Shown piece by piece: positions 24,930-36,900 of a stretch of DNA of 64,000 nt; the stretch's first letter is position 1, and each line of letters begins with the position of its first letter. Below the pieces are notes generated by a model, which had not been told where the DNA came from, did no database searches, and saw nothing but the letters and a program-made list of their open reading frames with translations. The position numbers and the translations under genes were made by a program. Origin of the DNA: Strigamia acuminata. Taxonomy: Eukaryota. The DNA is taken from the NCBI GenBank assembly GCA_949358305.1, contig OX442314.1:5890001-5954000 (forward strand), written 5' to 3'.

Positions 24930-25800
24930 AGAGATTATCAGTGACAATCGTTTGGAATCATAAATCATAAATAAAAATACCATGTTTATGGAGTTCCGAG
25001 GATGGTATCAAGGTCGTTGGGCTGCGTACGACATCATTATTACAACCATAAGACGTGACTTGCTAATTTACATTGCTTTTCATAGCCATCATGATTTTCG
25101 AGCTGCCGTCTTGATTTCGATAGGCAAAGACATTTTTCTGTGGTAGCTTCACCCAACTTGAAGAAGAAATTATTATCTGGAATAAAATTAATCGTAAATT
25201 AGTATTTTGGCGACAATCAATAAGCTAAACATCATTTCCGACTCACGGCTACAAAACGCCAGTATCCTCGCTATTTGAAATATATTCATTTTTATAACCA
25301 GATGGCGCTGCGTATCCACTTTATTATGTTTTGGAATAGATTAGTATTTTAAACTCTGTTTTCGACCAGATTAAGAAAAAGTTTTTAAAGTTTAATAGTT
25401 TAATAGTTAATAGTTTAAGTAACATTTTTTGTACAAAAAAGTCGCTTTGTATATTCATACGCATCGACATCTGGTGATGAAAATTAATATATATTAGGTA
25501 GTGAAGATACGGAGAAGATACTGGCCTTGTATAGTGTGAGTCGGAATGATTTTTGGCTTGTTAATTGTCCACAAAATACTAATTTACGATTAATTTTATC
25601 GTAGATAATGCTCCCTTCTTCAATTCGTGTGAAGATACCACTGAAACATGTCTTTGCCGTACGAAAATCAAGACGGAAACTAGAAAATCAGGATGGCGAC
25701 GAAAACCAATGGAAGTAAGCAAGTCACATCTTATTACGGTGATGTCATAGGCAATCCAACGTTCGTGATACTATTTTCGGAACAGCATCAGTTATTACTT
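24930..25800. repeat. Diverged inverted repeat between divergent copies B and C
   Basis: Arms ~24930-25320 and ~25460-25800 are reverse-complement homologs. Same structure at ~59440-60320. Confidence 0.7.
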
Positions 25801-25804
25801 TTTA

Positions 25805-27724
25805 TGACAAGCTATTTATGACAAAATAAAAGGGCTATAAATGCCTGATTTTACACCAGAAGGCGCTGTTGCGCCATTTTGACGGTAATTTTACTGTATT
25901 TGTTGTAAACCCGATGTAATTCCTAAATAAAGTTATTTATGATGTTTCAGAAGCAAAGTTGTTGTATTAATAAATATTAACTGACATTATTTCGTGATAT
26001 CAAAGTATCACGGCCGAAATTACAGAGAATCGTCTGCTAAAACCGCATTCGTCAATGAGCAATGTTGCCACTAGATGGCGCTATCGCAAATAAGCGGTAA
26101 ATTCGGAATACAGAAATAAGTATTGAATAACATTCAATATGTTAAATAAATATTTAATATATTCGCGTAGATTATTTTACTTAACAATAATAGAAAGATA
26201 TATTATTGTATTGAATGATTGGAAGAAAGAACTGGTCACATTCTTGGAAATATGACCATGCGGATTAAAGGATTAATGTGTGACTTGGAAATGTGTCCTC
26301 GGTATCCATTTCCGGTCCTGAGTATCCAGATCCGGTTTTGTCAAGGAATTAGCATAATCCGAATTATGCTCCTCCGTATCCATTTCCTGTGATACGGGAT
26401 TGGTGGAACTTAATCCCACCAAGTATATAACCTCCTGTCAACAGGAAGCTAGTCAGTTGTAACTGGAAAAAGATATATTTTGTTTGTTTGGTTATTTGTT
26501 CATGTTTCATGTCAAATAACCGTCCTTTTATAACTCAGGCATGGTTCTACCGAACCATGCAACCCCCGTCAATTGAAGGCGAAGGTCAGGATACTAATGT
26601 TTCTGTCAACGGTCTCGCCGAGGAGAAAGCCTTTCGCACAAGTATTCTAGTGGTCGGACAATAGAGCCACGTGTGGTACAAAAGTATTCAGTGACCGTTA
26701 GTAGCACTGTTACTGTATGAGATTGACTCCATCACCTGATGGTGCCAAAACAGTCTGCATGCAAAACATGTAGTTACCGCCAGTAGCACCAAGTGTTTGG
26801 GCACGCCAATTTCCGCGGTAATGGTGCCAATTCAGTCTGTTTATTAGTAGTACCTCGGGTGGTTAATTCTGTTGTGCGGAGTTGCGAGCTATACCCCCCT
26901 GAGTACCAGTACCGTCTCTCACCGTACTGTTACTTAGGGCACGCGCGATACTGCTCTACTCGACAAGGCGAACTTGACGGCAATTGTGTGTTGCGATGCC
27001 TAACCCTAATATTTTTTGACAGTGATATAATAAACTCAATTGTTTAACTTGAAGACAAGTTAACAATCCAAATAAAGTCAGGAGACTTGTTTGTTGTATA
27101 CGAGACAATTCGTAACGATAAGTTGGAAACAACTTATTAAACAAATCAGTTAAAACATTTAACTTCACAGCACCACGAATTAAATATAATTCGTAAAGCG
27201 GAACCTTGGTGAATAAATGACTCCATTTATTCATAACCAATGTCCACCCTAGTTGTGGCGGTGCACATGAGTCAACCGCACCTCTCGGATCAACCCAAGC
27301 AGCATTACACGAACCAGTTACGCGATACGAACCAGGAACGCGAAGGAACCAGGAACGCGAAGGAACCAGGAACGCGAAGCCGACGGAAGCCACGAGGACA
27401 CAGCCAGCCCGGCTAAGCGATGACATCTATAACCTCGGTCGAGCGGGCGTTCTGCCGTTCCCGAATCCAGTGATCCAAGGAAACCGTAATGTTATTATTT
27501 TAGCGCCATTCGGCCACTTGTTGTATAGTTTAACTTGTATTCTTAACTTGCCAAATGTCGGCTTAATTCTTGTATAACTTTTAGTATTGATTATATTGTT
27601 TAACGACAATAAATGTTATGATTTGAGAAACTATTCTTGTCTTTATTATCTCGTATTATTCACTATTTCCCGCGACTTATACCCGGTACTATCATGCGAT
27701 AGGAGTTGTGGTCGTCACCGTCAC
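25805..27724. mobile_element. Probable large solo LTR-like insertion
   Basis: Absent from the paralogous F/G spacer (~59460), ends GTCACA, contains TATA- and AATAAA-like motifs and a 17-bp repeat at ~27329-27380. Left end and TSD unresolved. Confidence 0.5.
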
Positions 27725-28009
27725 ATATTATCAGCGACAATCTCTTAAAATCGTAAATTAAAACTTTTTGTTAGCTTTTTGCGTTTAACTCTTTTTTTGT
27801 GCGCAATTCTTTATTTAAAAAAAATTTTTGAAACACAACTTCAACTTTGTGAATCAATCGGATTTTATATCAATATTCCTGCAGTTTGGATAATTTTACG
27901 AGTTTTATATGCGGTAGTGCGTTGCTTGGGAACAAATATTATGGGAACAAACAAAACATACGGCAAGCTGCTCCTTTCCACAAACATAAGGCATTTTTAA
28001 CCTAACAAA

Positions 28010-28500
28010 ATGATGCGCAACACTTACGTGATGAGGAAAAATGGTCGAGGATTGAGAAAACTTCGCTTGAAAATTCATGAATTTATGAAAGACGATGAAA
28101 ATCGGCCAAGATGCAGTTTAATTGGTTTGGATGATTTTGTAAACAATAGAATCAGTTGGCGCAATTGCTACGTATTTTGGCTGCTTTTATTCTCATGTTG
28201 CACATATGCATGCTCTCTTACAATAATAGAGTAATGAATTACTTAAGTTATCGTAAGGCAGTCGATGTAACCAGTTAATCAGAAGATGTCATTTCACCAA
28301 ACTTGATGATCTGTAGTGGCAATACAGTCAAAATGGCCCCGCTTTGGAATAAAACTCATCAGATCTTTAAAAAGGAAAGAGAGTGATTGATGAAATGCGC
28401 AAACATGGTGAAAACTTTGTTGAATATCTCTACTCAGGATGTTGATAAACTTTGGAAAGCAACTAATGTGGCCAAACAGATAGTTCACGTAGACATGAAA
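28010..28500 (+). pseudogene. Copy C: exon-1-only pseudogene, paralog of F
   Basis: MMRNTYVMRKNGRGLRKLRLKIH matches F. Frameshift near 28215, in-frame stops near 28276 and 28384, homology lost after ~28545. Confidence 0.85.
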
Positions 28501-28829
28501 GTAAAAAGAAATATTCATAGTTTTCTTTTGAAATTATAAGTTTCTACGCCTATTCCTAAAGGATTGATTGCTAATTTAGTTAGATCTATTCATGGATGTT
28601 TTTTAAGTGTTTCCATGGAAGCTCTGGTGGTACGTATTGTTTAAAATTATCTTTTTCTGATTAAGTAAGTTAATGTGTTTAATTTCTCGGTTCTATGCCG
28701 TTATATTGTTTCAGGCATAATTTGTGATTATTGTTGCTGTTTTAAAGATGTTAGATTTTGTGACCGTACATTTGTCATCGTAATGAAGTGTTTTAGTAAG
28801 TGCAAATGCACTCTACAACAGATTGTGCT

Positions 28830-30536
28830 TGTGACGATTCTACTTTTTAGCCAATTTATTAGCTAATTTAAGCGAGATATATCGGTTTATACGAGACGTT
28901 GCTAAGTTTAGCAACAACCCAACCGAGATAAGCTACGGAAGTTTATACAACGTGAATATGCGAACGAATAGAAACAACTTACGATTTTGTGTGATATAAA
29001 TACATTTATTATTCATAATAACAATGGATAAGGGTTCTTAACGCGTGTAGACGGGCGGCATCAACTGGTTGAAGATCCTGGCAAAGTCAGAGGGATACGG
29101 CTGTCTTGCGGCATCGTCACAAACAACGCTACGGAGACCTATTTGGTCTGTAGCACGAATATCTAATAATGCGAAGAGTCCTCCGCATTTAGTAGAAATA
29201 TTCTTTAGAATATTCCCAGCTCAAATGAATACAAAACTATTAGTGGAATATAACAAATGGATTGTTATATTATTATTATTTGGGCGGGGACAGTCACGAC
29301 AGTTGAGAGAACCATCGCGGGAAGTGTTGACACTTCCATCCGCCAGCATGCCTTACGACGACAAGATCTCGTGATCAGGCGCCGAGTATTGGGTTGTGCA
29401 CGACAAGTCGCTGTCGGTGATACTAACTACCGAGTAAACATTTCTATGGACTTGCCAATACAGGATTACCAACACCCGAGTAGTTTGTTTAACACAGTAT
29501 GTGAAATACTGTTCACGGGCTACCAACCCGGAGTGTACGATGGGGCGGAGACCATCACAACGGCCGAAAGGACCATCGCGGGAAGTGTTGCCACTTCCAT
29601 CCGCCAGCATGCCTTACGATGGCGGGATCCATTGATCGAGCACCGGGTCAAATATTAATCAGCCGTCGCTGTTGGATTACCGTGATCCAGGTAGTTCTTT
29701 ATCGTAGAGTCTCGTGGACAATACTCACGGGCTACCAACCCGGCGTGTCCCCTGTAGATTGGCTCTTTACCGACCTTTAACGTACGGAAGGACCAGTCAC
29801 AAAAGACGGGGACCTGAGGGATCTTTTACAACAGCCATCCTGCAGCGGACTGAGGCCAGTTAGCTGAGGGGCCCAATTCCATCTAGCAAGGCCTTACTGT
29901 ATAGGGCTGTTATATTAAGCCACCGTACGAACTCCTACTGCTCCTTAGAGCAGCTGGCTAACGCTACGGGGCCATTTCATGTATTTAACATGTTTATTAC
30001 CGGAGTTAGCCTTTCCGAAATAGCCCTACAACAACAATAACAACATAGTATTTATACTAGATGTGAAGAGCTGAGGAGGCCTGATGTGTCGATAGAGAAA
30101 GTGAGATCAAACGATAACAACAATTCAACTACAGACAATATAGACATATTCAGTTATCAAGCCAAGGGGGGAACTGGTTGGAAAACCAGAGCCTATATAG
30201 TTCTGTAGAACAATCAGATTGGCGACAGCCAATCGGGTGCCTGAATCGACGGATTCGTGGGTCGTTAGTCCAGACCTAATAGAAGACGAGGGCCACAAAG
30301 GGTCCGGTTGGTCCCCTTCGAGAGGTAAGTAATCAAAGTAATAATTCGGTAGAATTAATAGTTTTTTAAGTAAATAATACTTAGTCATGTTAAATAAAAT
30401 ATTTATATTTTATTTATTTCCTCTAAGTAATGATTTATCATAACTCTTAACATTCTCCAGTTTTTAAACTGCGCGCGTTATTTACATAGCGCCATCTAAT
30501 GTGAACATTGTTAAACACGAGTTTATAATCGTCACA
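28830..30536. mobile_element. Large solo LTR (~1.7 kb)
   Basis: TGTGACGATT...AATCGTCACA termini, 4-bp TSD TGCT, internal duplicated blocks. Same family as 7516-10044. Confidence 0.85.
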
Positions 30537-30968
30537 TGCTTATACACATGCCATCTAGCGGCAATACTTTACTTACAAGGTCGTTAAGGACACTTGATAA
30601 TATTGGTAAATATCTTTATTTATCAATTGGAAGTTGTATTGGTAAACTCGTATTCGAATTTACCGCTTCTAAGTAATGGCGCCATCTATTGTCGATATTG
30701 CGCATTGACCATAACGGTCATTGGGTGTGGACCGTGACCGATATACATTCTCTGTCAAAATTGAGGGTAAAACGAACAACATTGCCATAAATAATTAAAC
30801 AGTGTAATTATCTCCCAACGTCTAAATTATACAGTCACGTTAGCAAGAAATAATTGAATCAATAATTATGGAAAAAGTTACCATGGGAAATAAGACATTA
30901 TAGTAAACAGAAGACAAGAGACAAGTCTGAACTCAGCTGTGGTCTAGCTCAGAAAATACAGCTGGAAA

Positions 30969-33900
30969 ATGCAAAAAAATTACTTGATCGGAAGAAATAT
31001 GCGAAGGTTAAGAAAACTACGTACAGAAATTCAACTCATGATAAAAGATGAAGCCAACAAACCAAACTGCAGTTTAATTGGCCTGGATGATTTCGTAAAC
31101 AGTAGAAAACATTGGATCAGACGTCATACAATTTGGCTAATTTTGCTCCTACTTTGCACATGCATGCTCACTTATCAGACATACGATAGAGTAATGCATT
31201 ACTTAAGTTATCCTACGGCTGTTGATGTGACGACCAAAGCGGAGGAGGTTATTTTACCGAACTTGCTGATTTGTAGTGGCAATACAAAAGAAATGGCCAG
31301 GCTTTGGAATAGAACGTATCCACACCTCACAACTAAAAAACCAGATGTTATTGACTCAAACGCATTTCAATGTATAAATATGATGAAAACTCTGATGGCA
31401 ATTCCAACCTATAACATGGAAGGACTTTGGAAAGCAACCAATATGACAAAAGAGATAGTTAGCATAAAAATGAAAGTAATGGAGCTTCAATCATTTTTGG
31501 TTAAGAAAATAATGATTTACATATTGTTTTGTAGGGATATTCAAATAAAACAGTTGTTCAGACAGAAACCTACACTACTCATGGAATGTGCTCGGAATTT
31601 CAATTACGTAAATATGCTACCATTACTATTACTTAATACAGAGGATTAAATCTCTTGCGATTCTTTTGTTGTGGTTAGGTAAAGATTCTAGTAAATCATT
31701 TGTTGGAAAATTGCTGACAATTCATATTGAAAAATTTTATGATTACATCTGCCCTATAACTCCTTACTATGTAATTTTTCTAATATTAATATGTAATAAC
31801 AATACTGATTTTCATTATTTGCATTAGATTCTCCTAACGTTAAATAAGTTTGAAAAACCATATTTTAGAACGGTTTCACACCCTGGGATAAACTCAAAAA
31901 TCAATTTGAGTTACAAAAAAGTAAAATTTTAAAATTTGTGGTGCATTTTTGTTCCATTTGTTTTTAATCCATCTTGTATTTCATTTCAGTACATGTTTGT
32001 CAATTCAACTATAAATTTATGCTCCACTGAAAATGAGTACAGGAATTGTTTCCACAGTTGCCTAAAAACAAAATTAAAAAAGAACCTAACCTGCAGGTAA
32101 ATCGTGAATATTAATTTTTTTGATTGCATTGATGTCAACTGGTTTAGAAGTTAGATACCACAGAAGAAGGAATGTTTCAACCTTTACAGGCATGGTCATA
32201 AAAATCGTCCCAGTCCAGCTTACTGTATATGTAGCTCACATGTAGAATGAGCATTTTCAGCTGTATCGACCACATGGTGCAAACGCACTAATAGGCTGGA
32301 ACAAATTGACATTTAAATGATGTTAATCTTCTAAACACATGATATGAAGGTGATTTAAATGTTCATTTGTCAGTTGAAAACACATATTCTTCAAGCTGGA
32401 CTGGGACAATTTTTAAGACCTAGACTGTACTAGTACCTTTAAACCTAACACAGGTTAAAATAAGTACTTATAAATTATTATTAGTTATTAGTTGCCAGTA
32501 TTTCTTCCATTTTAATTCGCACTTTTATCTTTTTAATAACATCTCTAAAAACAGGGTGCGTCTTACATCGATGGCGTTTTTAAATGGAAGAAACACATTA
32601 GTTCAATTTTTAAAATCTATTACACCTCAGACTATGGGGCTATCCATTTAGAACGTTACGCTAAAATCGGCTTTTTTTAGACCCCCCCCCCCTCCCCCCA
32701 TGTCACACTAATGTCACGCTAAGCTTTACCCTCCCTACCCCCTATGTCACAGTCACGGTTTATTATCATTAGGTCTTTGTGGTTTGCATAGGTTTACATG
32801 TACAGTCGTGTTCAAAAAAACTGGACCCTCACTCCGTGCTGGCAATTGAAATTGTAAGTAATTCCATGTTTTGCCACTAGGTGAAACACCAGACATCAAC
32901 AGGTGATAATATAGCCTTGTCTACAGTGATCCTTTCATAATTTAGTGGACAGTTTTAAAAAGGAAAATATAAGTTATTTTCATAGAAAAAGTGTATTAAG
33001 AAATAAAAAATTAATTTGTTAAATATTTTCTAACAATAAAGAATATTTTCTAACAATAAAGAATATTTTCTAACAATAAAGAATATTTTCTAACAATAAA
33101 GAGAATTTGCCACTAGCTTTGTCTAAAAATAGCCGCGAATGAGATTAGGGCTAACAAAACAACAGTCAGTCTCCCGACCAATCCTTTCACTATCTCATTT
33201 GTACTATCTCATTTTCACTATCTCATTTTCACTATCTCATTTTCACTATCTCATTTTTACTATTTCATTTACATTATCTCATCTTCACTATCTCATCTTC
33301 ACTATCTCATCTTCACTATCTCATCTTCACTATCTCATCTTCACTATCTCATCTTCACTATCTCATCTTCACTAGTGATAGTGATCTTATCTGACAGTGA
33401 AAATAAGATAGTGTAAATGTGATAGTGAAAATGAAATCGTGAAAATAAGATAGTGAAGATGAGATAGTGACAATGAGATAGTGAAAGAATTGGTCGGAGA
33501 CCGATTGTTGTTTTGTTAGCCCTAATCTCATTCGCGGCTATTTTTAGACAAAGCTAGTGGCAAATTCTCTTTATTGTTAGAAAATATTCTTTATTGTTAG
33601 AAAATATTTAACAAATTAATTTTTTATTTCTTAATACACTTTTTCTATGAAAATAACTTATATTTTCCTTTTTAAAACTGTCCACTAAATTATGAAAGGA
33701 TTACTGTAGACAAGGCTATATTATCACTTGTTGATGTCTGGTGTTTCACCTAGTGGCAAAACACGGAATTACTCACAATTTCAATTGCCAGCACAGAGTG
33801 AGGGTCCAGTTTTTTTGAACACGACTGTACATGTGTGCAAGCAAGCAGAGTTTACGGAACAATGAAAATTATGTAAACAAATATGCATAATTAAAAATAT

Positions 33901-36900
33901 AACTAGACATTTGAAATTACAATCGGCACCGATGATTTATTTGACCGTATATTAAATTTATTACAGGATAATTTAAGGGCTGGTTATCCTGGCAACCACC
34001 CACATGTCTTCAAGTTGTATCTGACAGATCTTTGCCTGTGACGTCACATTTCCAAGAACCCCCCCTTCCTCCCCCTATGTCACAATTTGTCATGAGATTG
34101 GCTTACCCCTCCCTCCCCCCTAAGACCGTGACGTTCTAAATGGATGGCCCCTAGTGTTGGGATGCTACTACAAAAAAGTAGCGGTAAAGCGGAATGCGCT
34201 ATGTTAGATCTTGGAAGATTTTGCGAGATCATGAAAATAAAATTAGCATTGAAATTGTCAAGTATATCTAAGTCCAATTTCAGTCAACACATTCAACTAG
34301 AAAAGCATAGAAATAATTTTTTTTTTTTAGCCACGTCATGTTATTTGTCAGCTATGTAAATACAGCGACTAAAGGTCGAATGCCGTGGTTTGCCTTAGCT
34401 AAGACCGTTAAAACCAGTAAAATACACACAATATGGTTAAAGGAATAAGACAGTGTGACCTACGTTACTCCACACACCGCCTAGTGGCCCCAAGGCCGTC
34501 CCCCCTTGTGGAGTGGAATGGCCTAGCCGGGGAGGACGGAGCTGAGTCGTGTGATGAGAGAGAGACTCTGTGGGAGAGCAAAGAGGAAGGACGTGTGGTA
34601 CTCGGGAGAGAAGTTTGTGCTGTTGCAGTTCCAACGCCAGTAGAAGCAACCCTGCTTGCTACCAACTCTGCTCCTTTCACCATTCACCAAGTTGACGCTC
34701 AGTAACATGGCGCGGTGCCTGTTGCAGCCTCCATAAGTGGTCGCATAAATCCCCAGACTGCAGTGGGTAAGACCATATCCAGTCACAACAGTTTATCACT
34801 GGGGTTTATGCCTTACAACGAATATGTGTGAAAGTGAAGTTGGACAATGTGTTGTCCAAGACAGCATCTCTGGTTCCACGTGGCAATCGAAACTGCAATC
34901 CATATTGTGATAAAGGCACCGGAATTTTGTTGCATCACTATTATTTGGAGTTCAAAATTCAAAGTTTAAAAAAATTTGTTTGGATTTTAACAATCGACAT
35001 AATTCTTGAATGTAGTTTTTTCTTTTTAGTTTTCCATTTATTTATTTGAAAACCAACTTATCTCGCTGTACATGTTCAAATGAGGCACAAGAACAATATG
35101 GTGTGGCAAATAAAATAATTGATAACACCGATCCATTTGCTGATTGTCTATGTCGTCGTCCGTGTCAAGAACTGATTTCTCAACCATATTTTGAAATAGG
35201 GGCAATCGAGAATAAAAAAAAGATATCCATATCTTTAGCAATTACCAATGAGAGAATTGATGTGTATGAAGAACGATACGCATATGATGTTATTGCTTTA
35301 TTATCGGATTTAGGAGGCAATTTGGGCCTGTTTCTCGGTCTGTCCATAATCTCATTAACCGAAGTCATCTGGTATTTATACTGCGTTGCATCAAACATTT
35401 CTAAAACAAGACCGGTAAATAAGATTCAGCATCTTTATGGGTTGTGTAAGAAGACAAAAGTTGCTAGAGATCAGAAAATGAAAACAAATGGAATCTTTAT
35501 GAAGCTCAAGTTAATATTGGCGATAATTAGCACAGGATTTACTGTATACATGTTGCAATATCGTTTCAATTACTACATTGATGAACCAGTAACTAACGTC
35601 ATTAGCGTAGTTCTACTGCGCCACACTGAATATCCTTCTGTCACAGTCTGTGGTGAAGAACAAAATGGTGGAATGGACCAAGCCAGATCATATTTTCTTG
35701 AACACACAAACAAAACTTGCGATAACTTGCAAATACCCTGGCAATTGTTCAGCAATGATTTATCGTTAGATGATATTTGGAGTGCTGTCAATATCCATGA
35801 ATCAATTAATATTAATGATGATGTATCTTTGGTAAGACGGTTAAAACACTTGAAACAACAGTTATTAATAATTGATATATTTGGCGGTAGCATACGTATG
35901 GATATTCTACAATACTAAACATTACAAAAAGTCTTATTCCACTTCCTTTTGGTCATTGTTCACAACTAAATGCAGGTAATTTAGTAAACAACTTTAAATG
36001 TCTATTGCCATCATTTTCCCGTAGCAAGACACTACCGTCATTGCAATATGGCAAAGGTTTTTACCGCCAAACCATAATTTCCCATTTTTTAATGGAAAGC
36101 TAAAACTGCAAATGCAAGGAGTGCCAATGAATAGGAATAAATAAAATAGAAACCATAAGATTAAAACTGTTTTCTTAATTTAGGATTAATAATTTTTCCA
36201 TCTGGACTTGTAGTATGTGGGAATGGAATTTACTGTAGTCTGTGCCTGATATCTTGGTTTTTGTTAATAAAAACACAAGTTTAAATTGTCATGAACCGGT
36301 TGTTTAGATAATCAAAACCGCGTTTGAAGGACGCACCAGTACGACTTGGGAAAAGCCTGGTCCCAAATAAGGGCCCGGATATAGATAAAGCCGGCTGAAG
36401 GGTGGCGGCAAACTTATCCCCCTATTCGATTATTTGCACAAATTTTAGCTGGGTTTGTTGGAACCGTAAAAAAGAAGAAATAATGCACACGCGTGGACTC
36501 AACAACACTAGCGTGGCTATGCTAAATTTGGATGGGACCCCTAATGGCGGAGCGACCAAATCGAGCAAACGCGCACTAATCGCGCGCAACGGACAAAATA
36601 ATAACTCATCGGCTAAATTGAATTAAATCTCAAATCCTTCGGCGCGTGTCAGCGGCATAAAATCACAATGAAACAAAAGGTCAACGAAAGGAAAGGTAAT
36701 CAAAGGTGAAACGCAGAATCAACCACGCAAACTGACAATGAAAGAACTCAAACATGCATAATTCAATAGCATGGAGTCACACTGTGAGTTAACTCAGGGA
36801 AAAGATCGCCAAACGCCAACGGCTAGCTAAACCTCTTACAGGGCTCATGGGCTTACACCTTTCGATCAGATCTGGCTTGTGTCAGCCCTGAGGTAGACTT

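Noticed and set aside
33139..33375. His/Ser-rich ORF
   Set aside because: Translation of the 14-bp array in the foldback element.
35030..35831. Double channel as an artefact of merging two neighbouring genes
   Set aside because: TM2, linker and the next TM1 are in one stop-free exon in four separate copies.
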